Origin: Cyanobacteriota bacterium
GTDB taxonomy: Bacteria; Cyanobacteriota; Cyanobacteriia; PCC-6307; Cyanobiaceae
Length of the DNA: 64,000 bases
Assembly (NCBI GenBank): GCA_046052125.1
Contig: JBJOMY010000001.1
Coordinates: forward strand, 544,001-608,000
Direction of reading: 5' to 3'
The translations under genes were made by a program, and so were the position numbers. The notes under the pieces were generated by a model, which was given only the letters and a program-made list of their open reading frames with translations, was not told where the DNA came from and ran no database searches. Below, in pieces: positions 28,601 through 34,700 of the stretch (position 1 is the first letter of the stretch; each line of letters begins with the position of its first letter).

Positions 28601-30658
28601 GAGGTTCTGGCCAGCAAAGTTGAGAGCACTGGCCTGATCGATCGTGAGATCAAGCCCGTCGAGATACAACCGCTTGATGGGTGTGATTGATGCCGTTGGC
28701 GCAGCGGGGGTGCTGATCTGCGCTGCGCTGGCCTGGGTCGCAACCTGCAGCTCTGTGGCCTGCTCCACCTGGGCGATGGTCTCGGCTTCTTTGTCGTCGT
28801 CTGCGGCTGTGGTGGATGGCGCTGCAGCCTCTGGCTCTGGAGCGGGGGCCGCCTGGCTGAGCGGCTCTGTAGGGCTTGGTGAGCTGGTGGTTTGAGCCGT
28901 GTTGGCCTGGTTGGCTGCCACCACCAAGCTTCCAGAGCTGGGCTGATCGGTGGAGATGGCCTCTGCGCCTTGGATCTCGCCTTTGGCTTCCACCGTGACG
29001 GTGGAGCCTTCGTTCACCGCTTGTTGGAGCGATTCAGCGCTGATCGTGCTGGTTGCTTCTGTTGGCGCTGCTGTTGCGCTCTCCTCTGTTGTTGAGGCGA
29101 TGTCTGTGCTGCTTGCTTCGGGGGTGGGTTCTTCAGGAGGGGTGTCTTCCGTTGCGGCTTCTTCTGTGGAGGTGATCGTTACCTCCTCGGGATCCAGCAA
29201 CCACTGGCCCGCTTGCCCTTTTGGTGCCGCGGTGCTGACGCGCCCTGTGACGTTGAGCAGTTTGGCGGAACTGGTTTCAACAAAACCACCATTGCCGCCA
29301 TTGGCGCCACCGCGTGCAGTGATGGTGCCGTGCATGTCGGTGCGTTCGTCACTCCAGACGATCACGCGACCGCCATCACCGTTGTCGATGGCATCGGCAC
29401 TGATCGAGCTGGCTTGATCGATCAGGACGGACTTGGCATTGAGAAGTTGAGGATTTACTCCTCGTTGATCACCACCGATTCTGATCCGGCCACCACCACG
29501 GGTGCCGCTCACGCTGAGAACCGCACCGACCAGTTCGATCTGATCACCGAGAACGTCAATCGTTCCGTCGTAGAAGCGGTTGACCTCGTCGTTGGCTTGG
29601 CCCTGGGCAAAGAGACTGCTGGGGGCCAGGCTCACGCCTTGTAGATGAACAGAAGCGTCAGCAGCGCTGACGGCGTGGTCGCGGAAGGCCGTTTTCGACG
29701 ACTCTGGCGCCTCAATGAGATGTTGCGCTTCCAGGGTGCCCTGGAGCTTCACCTGTTTGCCGGCAACCGTGATGGCTCCGGCGGGTGCACTGATCGCTTC
29801 TCCATCCAGCAACTCCTCCACGGAGTTGGCCTGAACAAGACCGCCGACGTTGACGACGGAGGTGAGTGCTCCACCGAGGTGTGACGCACCGATCCAGATG
29901 GCTCCGCCTGGAGCCTGGATCGTGCCTTGCTGATTGATCAGCGAATTGAGAACTTCATCACTCACCGCCAGAGTGATCAAGCCATCGCCATTCACATCCA
30001 GCGTGGCGCTCTGGCCGCTGGCCAGCACCACCGTGCCCATGCGGGCACTGATCAGGCCCTCGTTGCTGATGTTGGCGCCCACCAGGGCTGCCAGGCCACC
30101 TTCTGCAACGCTGATGCTGCCTTGGTTGAGGATTTGGCCTTCTGCGGGCCCGCTGGTGGGTTTCCACAGGCGCAGAGGGCCGCCCGAGAGGAACTGCTCA
30201 GGGTTGGCATCCAGCGTGGAGGCCATGAAGCTGGCCGTGTTCACGCTGCCGGAGGGTCCGATCAACAGGCCCTGCGGGTTCAGCAGGATCACCCCGCCGT
30301 TGGCCTTCAGCAGGCCATCAATTTTTGACGGCCCTAGGCCGCCAACCACCCGGCCCAGAAACAGCGACTTGGCGTCCGGCTGCTGGATGAGCACCCGCTC
30401 GTTGGCGCGGATGTTGAAGCTGTTGAAATCGACCGCCCCACGCCGCTGCTGCTGGCGGATCTGGAGGGTGGCCGGATCAGGGTTCGAGAACTCGATGCCA
30501 CCACCGCGCACGCGTGCGCCATCGGGCAGGGCGAAGCACGGCGCAGCCGAAAACGCTGCAATGGCCGCCATCGCACCCGTTTGCACCACAAGCGCAGCCG
30601 CGTCGCGGCCAGTGGGTCGGGCCTTTCCGGCCAGATCGCTTGCAGTGCCAGATGCCAC
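16658..30658 (-). CDS. Giant filamentous-haemagglutinin-type TpsA exoprotein 1 (4666 aa; TPS domain, PATR repeats, YDG repeat array)
   Basis: Signal ..APCFA|LPDG; TPS domain (DFNSFNI, LLNPQG); two ETS..WLLDP modules; a few KxGxGTLTLxGxNT repeats; 28 KxYDG-type modules. Confidence 0.93.
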   Translation of the reverse strand: MASGTASDLAGKARPTGRDAAALVVQTGAMAAIAAFSAAPCFALPDGARVRGGGIEFSNPDPATLQIRQQQRRGAVDFNSFNIRANERVLIQQPDAKSLFLGRVVGGLGPSKIDGLLKANGGVILLNPQGLLIGPSGSVNTASFMASTLDANPEQFLSGGPLRLWKPTSGPAEGQILNQGSISVAEGGLAALVGANISNEGLISARMGTVVLASGQSATLDVNGDGLITLAVSDEVLNSLINQQGTIQAPGGAIWIGASHLGGALTSVVNVGGLVQANSVEELLDGEAISAPAGAITVAGKQVKLQGTLEAQHLIEAPESSKTAFRDHAVSAADASVHLQGVSLAPSSLFAQGQANDEVNRFYDGTIDVLGDQIELVGAVLSVSGTRGGGRIRIGGDQRGVNPQLLNAKSVLIDQASSISADAIDNGDGGRVIVWSDERTDMHGTITARGGANGGNGGFVETSSAKLLNVTGRVSTAAPKGQAGQWLLDPEEVTITSTEEAATEDTPPEEPTPEASSTDIASTTEESATAAPTEATSTISAESLQQAVNEGSTVTVEAKGEIQGAEAISTDQPSSGSLVVAANQANTAQTTSSPSPTEPLSQAAPAPEPEAAAPSTTAADDDKEAETIAQVEQATELQVATQASAAQISTPAAPTASITPIKRLYLDGLDLTIDQASALNFAGQNLVIEACSTSCNFANTGNITLSGFTGLNSLEVLAPTRIEIRGDISVAQKLNFQGNLFLAAPSIRLSAAEIEIAKPIQVALDLGQSSQLQITTSAPNLAIQVGAPQPSAAASSPALTLSGTTLEAIKAAPVSQLTIGDAAHTGSIVVHEVLQSGQNLSLISGGNIEVGKAATLSAAQSVELAGSSVDIQGVIRANDGLKGGAITVVGNAINLGSTAVVDATGATAGGLIQIGGSWQNSNPAVRQAITTTIAQGALLDASALQRGDGGTVVAWSDIQNPQSVTTVSGTLLARGGTAGGNGGRIETSGYDLKVDDIRVDTTAAAGETGLWLLDPYNITIKSATQAGVDGSFTATADSAVVDDYTLTTALNSSNVTVRTGGAGSAGTQAGDITVATNFSSSTANKLTLDAYRNIILTNNITRSGAGGLELKTTTGAVTGSGAISISAGGLTFNVGGTNLGGALTSSTHYSGVISGSGAVTMSGTGTQTLSGNNTYTGGTVLNSGIIGVYSSNALSSSGTISFRGGTLLYANSTDNSSRFNTSTGSNAYKIDIPDGRTVTWGATLTGDGSITKLGAGTLTLTGSNTNTGTTTIQAGTLQVGSNASFTWGAIGSGAVINNGTLTINRAGPLTFDQNISGTGSVVIDISGQVTLTGSNTYSGGTTIKTGNIEITAANALGTGIVNMTSALNNLNLNSSNNLTITNEIIGIGVVNQRGSGTTILEKPSYTGATNIYSGGLQINLDKDPTFESQIYFANGTGSVAFNNPSNVAATISKAITTNGTPPMSTVNIIGSGDMTFQKAITASSLTQNGTGTTTLLEANTITNTTINAGTLQLGVGESSSAGVTGSITNNANLVWNRGDSALTIGNTLGGTGSTTINTTGALTIAGSGLTGSNLTLNTASLTLNSPITATGRISITTNNPTQSTTGLSGSGKITASELMVISDGPVMPSGLNDVDKIAISTGRQITFKNEGALTVGTVGSLSGITSTERITVTTDTGDLTLSAPVKTTSTSNSLTAPALLLNAGVTASAGVAVSGDIIVAAGGSANVGSGGTGLLYSGRYANQGSSYLDALVGSTTSLVNLRFNSDEVTKNYTAPVGTGLTAIYRQDVVFVVAPLTSTVYGNLPVISENTLTYRNSNYQLVSGAALGTITGTATWQFNGAKSTSNNAVVGTSPLVYVSGLTNDLGKVLVNDPNNRFAITPKALTISGITAADKVYDGNTTATVSTAGVAANGIVTGDVVTVNATGSFTSKNVASGQTVNLTSSTGGDDAANYSITGQSTTTASITARTVTLSASKVYDGNTDLTGDVTITTGVATETLTYSGATASDSHVTTAGKTISAITLANGGGGGLAANYVLPTLNATNAPVTITAAPVTASLNNTSVSKIYDGSTSATDFVPSWQLSGLLNGDTATLSYSAAYNNANVLGASQLNLTNLALASISATSGAFSSDYQLSTSSLNLNASITPKALSISGTTAAGRAYDGTTTATITPGTLSGFVGNETVALASATGVFDSKDAGARTATATYVLANGTNGGLASNYSLAPSTGLAATITAKTVSLSASKVYNGSTDLTGAVSIATGVSGETLTYSGATASDSHVATTGKFISAISLANGSGGGLATNYVLPALDATNAAVTITAAPITASLNNTSASKIYDGTTSASGFTPSWQLSGFAAGDSATISYSAAYNNANVVGANQLNLTSLALATITGGSGTLSDYQLNTSNLSLSASITPATISAIGGLVAQNKVYNQTNTATLDTSGATFTGRISNDQLAINSYAAQFASENVSRGTGGSVQPQTVTASGFTLTGASASNYQLAQNLSVNALSANITPKPLTISGITAADKTYDGNTNAAVSTAGVTNAVLVSGGMIAGDDITVSATGSFASKDVASTPLNVNLTSSYGGADLGNYTITSQPTTTASITARTVTLSASKVYDGSTDLTGDVTITTGVNGETLSYSGATASDSHVATAGKFISAITLADGSGGGLAANYVLPTLNSTNAAVTITAAPVTAALTNSSASKIYDGTTTATSFVPSWQFSGLLTGDTAALSYSAAYNNANVVGANQLNLTGLSLSSITGGNGALSDYQLTTSSLNLNASITPKALSISGTTAAGRAYDGTTTATITPGTLSDFVGNETVTLASATGVFDGRDAGARTATATYALADGNNGGLASNYSLAPTTGLTATIAPRTVTLSASKTYNGSTDLTGAVTITTGVSGETLTYSGATASNSHVATTGKFISAISLANGSGGGLATNYVLPALDATNAAVTITAAPITATLTNSSATKIYDGSTSATDFVPSWQISGLVSGDSATLSYTAAYNNANVVGASQLNVSNLSLASITGGSGALSDYQLNTTSLSLNNATITPKALTITNSTAAGREYDGTTTAVITPGTITGFEGNQTVTLASATGVFDSKNVGARTATATYVLANGTNGELASNYSLAPTTGLTATITAKALTISGITAANKTYDGTTDAIVSTAGVTNAVLVAGGMVNGDVVTVSATGSFASKDVASTPITVNLTSSYGGADLGNYTITSQPTTTASITARTVTLSASKTYNGSTDLTGAVTITTGVIGETLSYSGATASDSHVATAGKFISAITLANGSGGELATNYVLPTLNATNAAVTITAAPITATLTNSSATKIYDGTTAANGFTPSWQLLGFASGDSATLSYSAAYNNANVVGANQLNLSSLALASISGGSGSLSDYQLNTSSLSLSASITPATISAIGGLVAQDKVYNRTNTATLDTSGATFTGRISNDQLAINSYAAQFASENVSRGAGDSVQPQTVTASGFSLTGASASNYQLAQNLSINALSASITPKALTITNSAAAGREYNGTTTAVITPGTITGFEGNQTVTLASATGVFDSKNIGARTATATYVLANGTNGELASNYSLAPTTGLTATITAKALTISGITAADKTYDGTANATVSTAGVTNAVLVAGGMVNGDVVTVSATGSFASKNVASTPLNVNLTSSYGGADVGNYAISSQPTTTASITARTVTLSASKVYDGSTDLTGDVTITTGVNGETLSYSGATASDSHVATAGKFISAITLANGSGGELATNYVLPTLNATNAAVTITAAPITAALTNASATKIYDGTTAATGFTPSWQLLGFASGDSATINYSAAYNNANVVGASQLNLSSLALASISGGSGSLSDYQLNTSSLSLSASITPATISAIGGLVAQDKVYNRTNTATLDTSGATFTGRISNDQLAIAIYSAQFASENVSRGAGGSVQPQTVTASGFTLTGTSASNYQLATNPSINALSASITPKALTITNSAAAGREYDGTTTAVITPGTITGFVGSETVALATATGVFDSKDAGARTATATYVLTDGSNGGLASNYSLAQSTGLAATIAPKTVTLSATKVYNGSTDLAGAVTIATGVSGETLTYSGATASNSHVATTGKFINAITLADGSGGGLATNYVLPTLNATNAAVTITAAPVTASLNNTSASKIYDGTTAGTGFVPNWQLSGLVSGDSATLSYGAAYNNANVVGASQLNLTSIALASITGGSGALSDYQLNTTSLSLNDATITPKALTITNSTAAGREYNGTTTATITPGTLTGFEGNQTVNLASTTGVFDSKNVGARTATATYVLADGNNGGLGSNYSLAPTTGLTATITAKALTISGITAADKTYDGTTDATVSTAGVTNAVLVSGGMIAGDDVTLDATGTFSDSDVGTAKSVTLTSTYGGTDYLNYLITDQASATASILPLPVSDTGGKPVLIADQDMSIESFVTLSSGVQSTYNTPISIEISTGEGSIAFTNLTNPAFTPIDNDVAGQGLSTIALVIVPNISEYTYDPSQIGIAAEIAYPSLNVNAEIAADGSIQLQGPNESRESQTNTQSLEAASNDETGLPQQPEPSDSSESDAALSTTSTRPETTIKSSEVILVEPDGDIRSTGDGTPRDQQTQAITPLQDLDAIGESVERPEKDVIPGFLRAVLDNFVGREKISSLIKSRLGRIATADKINENR
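17445..25020 (-). repeat. Array of 28 YDG-type modules of five sequence classes in TpsA1
   Basis: Near-identical nucleotide blocks recur, e.g. shadow ORFs 18871/20242 (1371-nt period) and 19478/22724. Confidence 0.9.
29728..30647 (-). repeat. Copy 1 of the near-identical c.0.9-kb tpsA 5' region
   Basis: Matches 59638-60558 almost base for base; shadow ORFs 29958..30167 and 59869..60078 are identical. Confidence 0.92.
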
Positions 30659-30694
30659 TGAATTAGCCAGAATGCGATTTCAGCATACCTGGTA

Positions 30695-30710
30695 TGTATC
30701 ATCAGTTACA
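30695..30710. promoter_or_regulatory. NtcA-type binding site upstream of tpsA1
   Basis: TGTATCATCAGTTACA is a full TGTA-N8-TACA, 36 nt from the GTG at 30658. Confidence 0.65.
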
Positions 30711-30897
30711 ACAGCTGCGCACCATTTTTGGGCCGGTTTTCTCGAGCCCACCCTGTGACTGCACGAAACGTGATCCAATGACAATTCGCGCCATAGAGGC
30801 AAGAATTTACGTATGTACTGATTAAGTCTGCAGTTTCATTAGGATTGCTCTTGCGGACCCTTCTACGCCGTGCTTGCAAGCTCTTCCAAGCAATCGA

Positions 30898-31713
30898 TTA
30901 TGGCGCCTGTGATCCTGCAAGCACGCCCTGAACGAAGTGCTTATTGCGCTTTGCAGAGTCCATTCCTGTGAGTAGCGTTGGGTGAGCAAGAACTTCAATG
31001 CTGCTCACGGCTGCATCGCTTTCCTTCTTCAGGGCATTGATCATTTTCCATAATGGAACGGCCACAACTGTGATTGATTGCTGATCAGCGCGTTCTTTCA
31101 GGATTGCCAACAGGGTAGACACGCTGAAACTGCACGGAATAAACTTTTTGCCGCTGGAGCGACGATGCACTGTCGTGCCTTTGTCCTCAGCGTAAATGGC
31201 AGGTACTGGGCAGAAGACTGGAACGTCGCTTCCGATTTCTTCAGCGGCTTCCTTGCTGCTTAGGCCCTGCTGTTGAAGCAAGCGTATCGCAGCGTCTCGT
31301 TCGGCGCTGTCTGGGATGATGCTTGCTCCAAGTGATGGAAGCTGCGCGCGATAGCTCTTCCATCTCTGCAAGAAGTAGTTCAGAGTCGTGGGCGTGAAGC
31401 GGAGTTTTCCTTCAGCCGATGGATCCGTCGATGCACGAATCGCTTCCCTCACCTCGTCCAAGCCTGTGGTAGAGACCGCTGCATAGATCTTCGGTGCAGA
31501 CGATTTGTTGGCTGGGGTAATGATGACTGGGGCACCTGTCTGATCGATCGCCGTGAGCACGAAAATTCTGTCGAGCTTCTCGTCCATGACCTCCGGTGTG
31601 GCTGCTATAGACCTCAGTGGTGCATGCGTGGCTCCCAAAACCAAGAGCAAAACTGAGCCAGCGAATTGCCTCAGCGATCTGAGTGAGGGAGCCGTTGATT
31701 GTGATCGTTGCAT
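30898..31713 (-). CDS. Divergent Tic22-like periplasmic chaperone
   Basis: Signal peptide; EKLDRIFVLTAIDQTGAPVII, IIPDSAERDAAIRLLQQQG, DVPVF, KFIPCSFS and VVAVPLWKMINAL. Starts 5 bp after the tpsA2 stop. Confidence 0.7.
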   Translation of the reverse strand: MQRSQSTAPSLRSLRQFAGSVLLLVLGATHAPLRSIAATPEVMDEKLDRIFVLTAIDQTGAPVIITPANKSSAPKIYAAVSTTGLDEVREAIRASTDPSAEGKLRFTPTTLNYFLQRWKSYRAQLPSLGASIIPDSAERDAAIRLLQQQGLSSKEAAEEIGSDVPVFCPVPAIYAEDKGTTVHRRSSGKKFIPCSFSVSTLLAILKERADQQSITVVAVPLWKMINALKKESDAAVSSIEVLAHPTLLTGMDSAKRNKHFVQGVLAGSQAP

Positions 31714-31718
31714 GGCCG

Positions 31719-34700
31719 TTAATCCCCCTTGGTGCCCTTATCGGCTCTGGCGATGCGCCCGAGCTGTGTCTTGAAGAAGCGTGAAACCTGCATTCGGGTT
31801 GTCAAGCTATTGCGCATCGCCCTGAGGAAGCTGGGAACCACATTCTGATCAGGGCGTTCATTGGAGTTGCGAATGGCATCCTGTTCCTGCAGCGGGGTTA
31901 CATCCCGACCCGGCTCATTGTTGGGTGTGCCATCACCTGTGCTCTTGATCTCACCGTCTGGCTCAACAAGAATCACTTGGCTGCTGTCGATGGCGGGTTC
32001 TGCACTGATCTGACTTGCACCCGGCAGCTGTTCTTGCGCCGTCGATGCTTCATTGCTTCCTGCCGCTTCCGTGCCACCCAGCTGTTCACTCAAAGTCGTG
32101 GAAGGTCCCTCAGTGGAAGGCGCAGATGCTGGCCCGCTGATCGTTCCCTCGAGTTCGATGTTCCCATTGGCTGCGATCTCGCTAGAGATGTTCAGTGAGG
32201 GATAGGCGATCTCAACCGCGATCCCGATCTGCGATGGCGCCCAATTGTAGCCATCGACACTCGGCACTGTAACGAGCGCAATGGTGGAGGGGCCCTGCCC
32301 CGCTATGGAATTGCCGGTTGGGTCGTAGGCGGCGTCGGCCGGATCATTGAACGGCATTGACATGTAGTCGCTCCAGCTTCCTGTGCTGGCGATCGCCACT
32401 GAGGCTGGTGTGTTGGATACGGTCTGAACACCACTGGAAATGGTGACGAAGGTTTCTGCGGCAATCGAGCCAATTGTTCCGGGCGTTGGCCGATAGGTTC
32501 CATCGTTGCCGTTGTTTGCGTTGGAGCCACCGGCTCCATTCTTTCCTCCTCCAGTTGAGCTGCCGCCGCCACCGCCGCCGCTGGGAGCGACTGGCACGAC
32601 AATGGATGTCCGACCTGCAACATTCAGCGGAGCTGTGGTTGTCACAGGCCCGTTTGCTGTGGCGCTGAAATCTCCGCCTGCACTGATTCGCCCAAGCTCA
32701 ATGCCGTTGGAATCCTTGATGGTGATATCCCCGGCATCGAGATTGACTGGACCGCGGAAGTCATTGCCTGCATTGCCCAGCAGTAAATCACCGGATGCCG
32801 TGATCTCAGTCGTTCCCCCAACTCTGATCACGCCAGATCCGATTTGGGTGACATCACCACCTGAAGTCAGCGAGAAGGTGCCGTCGGCATCAACGTTGGC
32901 AAGCTGAAGGTCATTGCTATCAGCGATGGCGATATTGACGGCATCGAGGTTGACCGGCCCCTGGAAGTCGTTTCCAGCGTTGGAGAGGTTGAGGCTGCCG
33001 GGTGTGGAGAAGGAGCTGACGCCAGCGATGTCGAGAGCGGTGCCAGCGACTTGGGTGACATCACCGCCTGATGTCAGGGAGAAGGTGCCATCGGCATCAA
33101 CGTTGCCAAGCTGAAGGTCATTGCTATCAGCGATGGCGATATTGAGGGCATCGAGGTTGACCGGCCCCTGGAAGTCGTTTCCAGCGTTGGAGAGGTTGAG
33201 GCTGCCGGGTGTGGAGAAGGAGCTGTCGCCAGCGATGTCGAGAGCGGTGCCAGCGACTTGGGTGACATCACCGAGTGATGTCAGGGAGAAGGTGCCACCG
33301 GCATCAATGTTCCCGAGGATTGTGGCCAGTGAATTATGGATCTGAATGTCATCGCCGCTGGCGGTAATCGCCCCAGTGAAGGCATTGAGCTGATCAAGAA
33401 GGTTGATGTCTGCCGATGTTGAGAAGTTGCTGGTTCCAGCAACAATCAACGGCCCAGACTGGGTGATGTCTCCCCCCGCATTGACACTGAAGTTGCCGGT
33501 GCTGGTCGTCGTGCCAAGCGTGATGCCATTGCTGTCGCCAAGGGCAATGTCATTGCCGCTGGCCGAGACGGCTCCACCAAAGTTGTTGCTGGTGCTGCTC
33601 AGGTTGATGTCATCTCCGGCTGTGAGGTTCGTCGCGCCAGAGGCAATGATCGTTCCGCTACCGCTCTGGGTGATGTCGCCAGTGGTGGCCGTGAGGGTGA
33701 GATCCTCAGACGTAATCGTGCCTGTTGCGGTGATATCGCCATTCGCTGCGGTTACCGACAGCGAAGCCGGATCGCTTGAATTGCCCGTTGCAGTGATCGT
33801 GCCGAGGATTGTGGCTAGAGAGTTATAGATCTGAATGTCATTGCCGCTGGCGCTAATCGCCCCAGTGAAGGCATTGAGCTGATTGAGAAGGGTGATATCC
33901 GCCAATGTTGAGAAGTTGCTGGTTCCAGCAACAATCAACGGCCCAGACTGGGTGATGTCTCCGCCCGCATTGACACTGAAGTTGCCGGTGCTGGTCGTCG
34001 TGCCAAGTGTGATGCCATTGCTGTCGCCAAGGGCAATGTCATTGCCGCTGGCCGAGACGGCTCCACCAAAGTTGTTGCTGGTGCTGCTCAGGTTGATGTC
34101 ATCTCCGGCTGTGAGGTTCGTCGCGCCAGAGGCAATGATCGTTCCGCTACCGCTCTGGGTGATGTCGCCAGTGGTGGCCGTGAGGGTGAGATCCTCAGAC
34201 GTAATCGTGCCTGTTGCGGTGATATCGCCATTCGCTGCGGTTACCGACAGCGAAGCCGGATCGCTTGAATTGCCCGTTGCAGTGATCGTGCCGAGGATTG
34301 TGGCTAGAGAGTTATAGATCTGAATGTCATTGCCGCTGGCGCTAATCGCCCCAGTGAAGGCATTGAGCTGATTGAGAAGGGTGATATCCGCCAATGTTGA
34401 GAAGTTGCTGGTTCCAGCAACAATCAACGGCCCAGACTGGGTGATGTCTCCGCCCGCATTGACACTGAAGTTGCCGGTGCTGGTCGTCGTGCCAAGTGTG
34501 ATGCCATTGCTGTCGCCAAGGGCAATGTCATTGCCGCTGGCCGAGACGGCTCCACCAAAGTTGTTGCTGGTGCTGCTCAGGTTGATGTCATCTCCGGCTG
34601 TGAGGTTCGTCGCGCCAGAGGCAATGATCGTTCCGCTACCGCTCTGGGTGATGTCGCCAGTGGTGGCCGTGAGGGTGAGATCCTCAGACGTAATCGTGCC

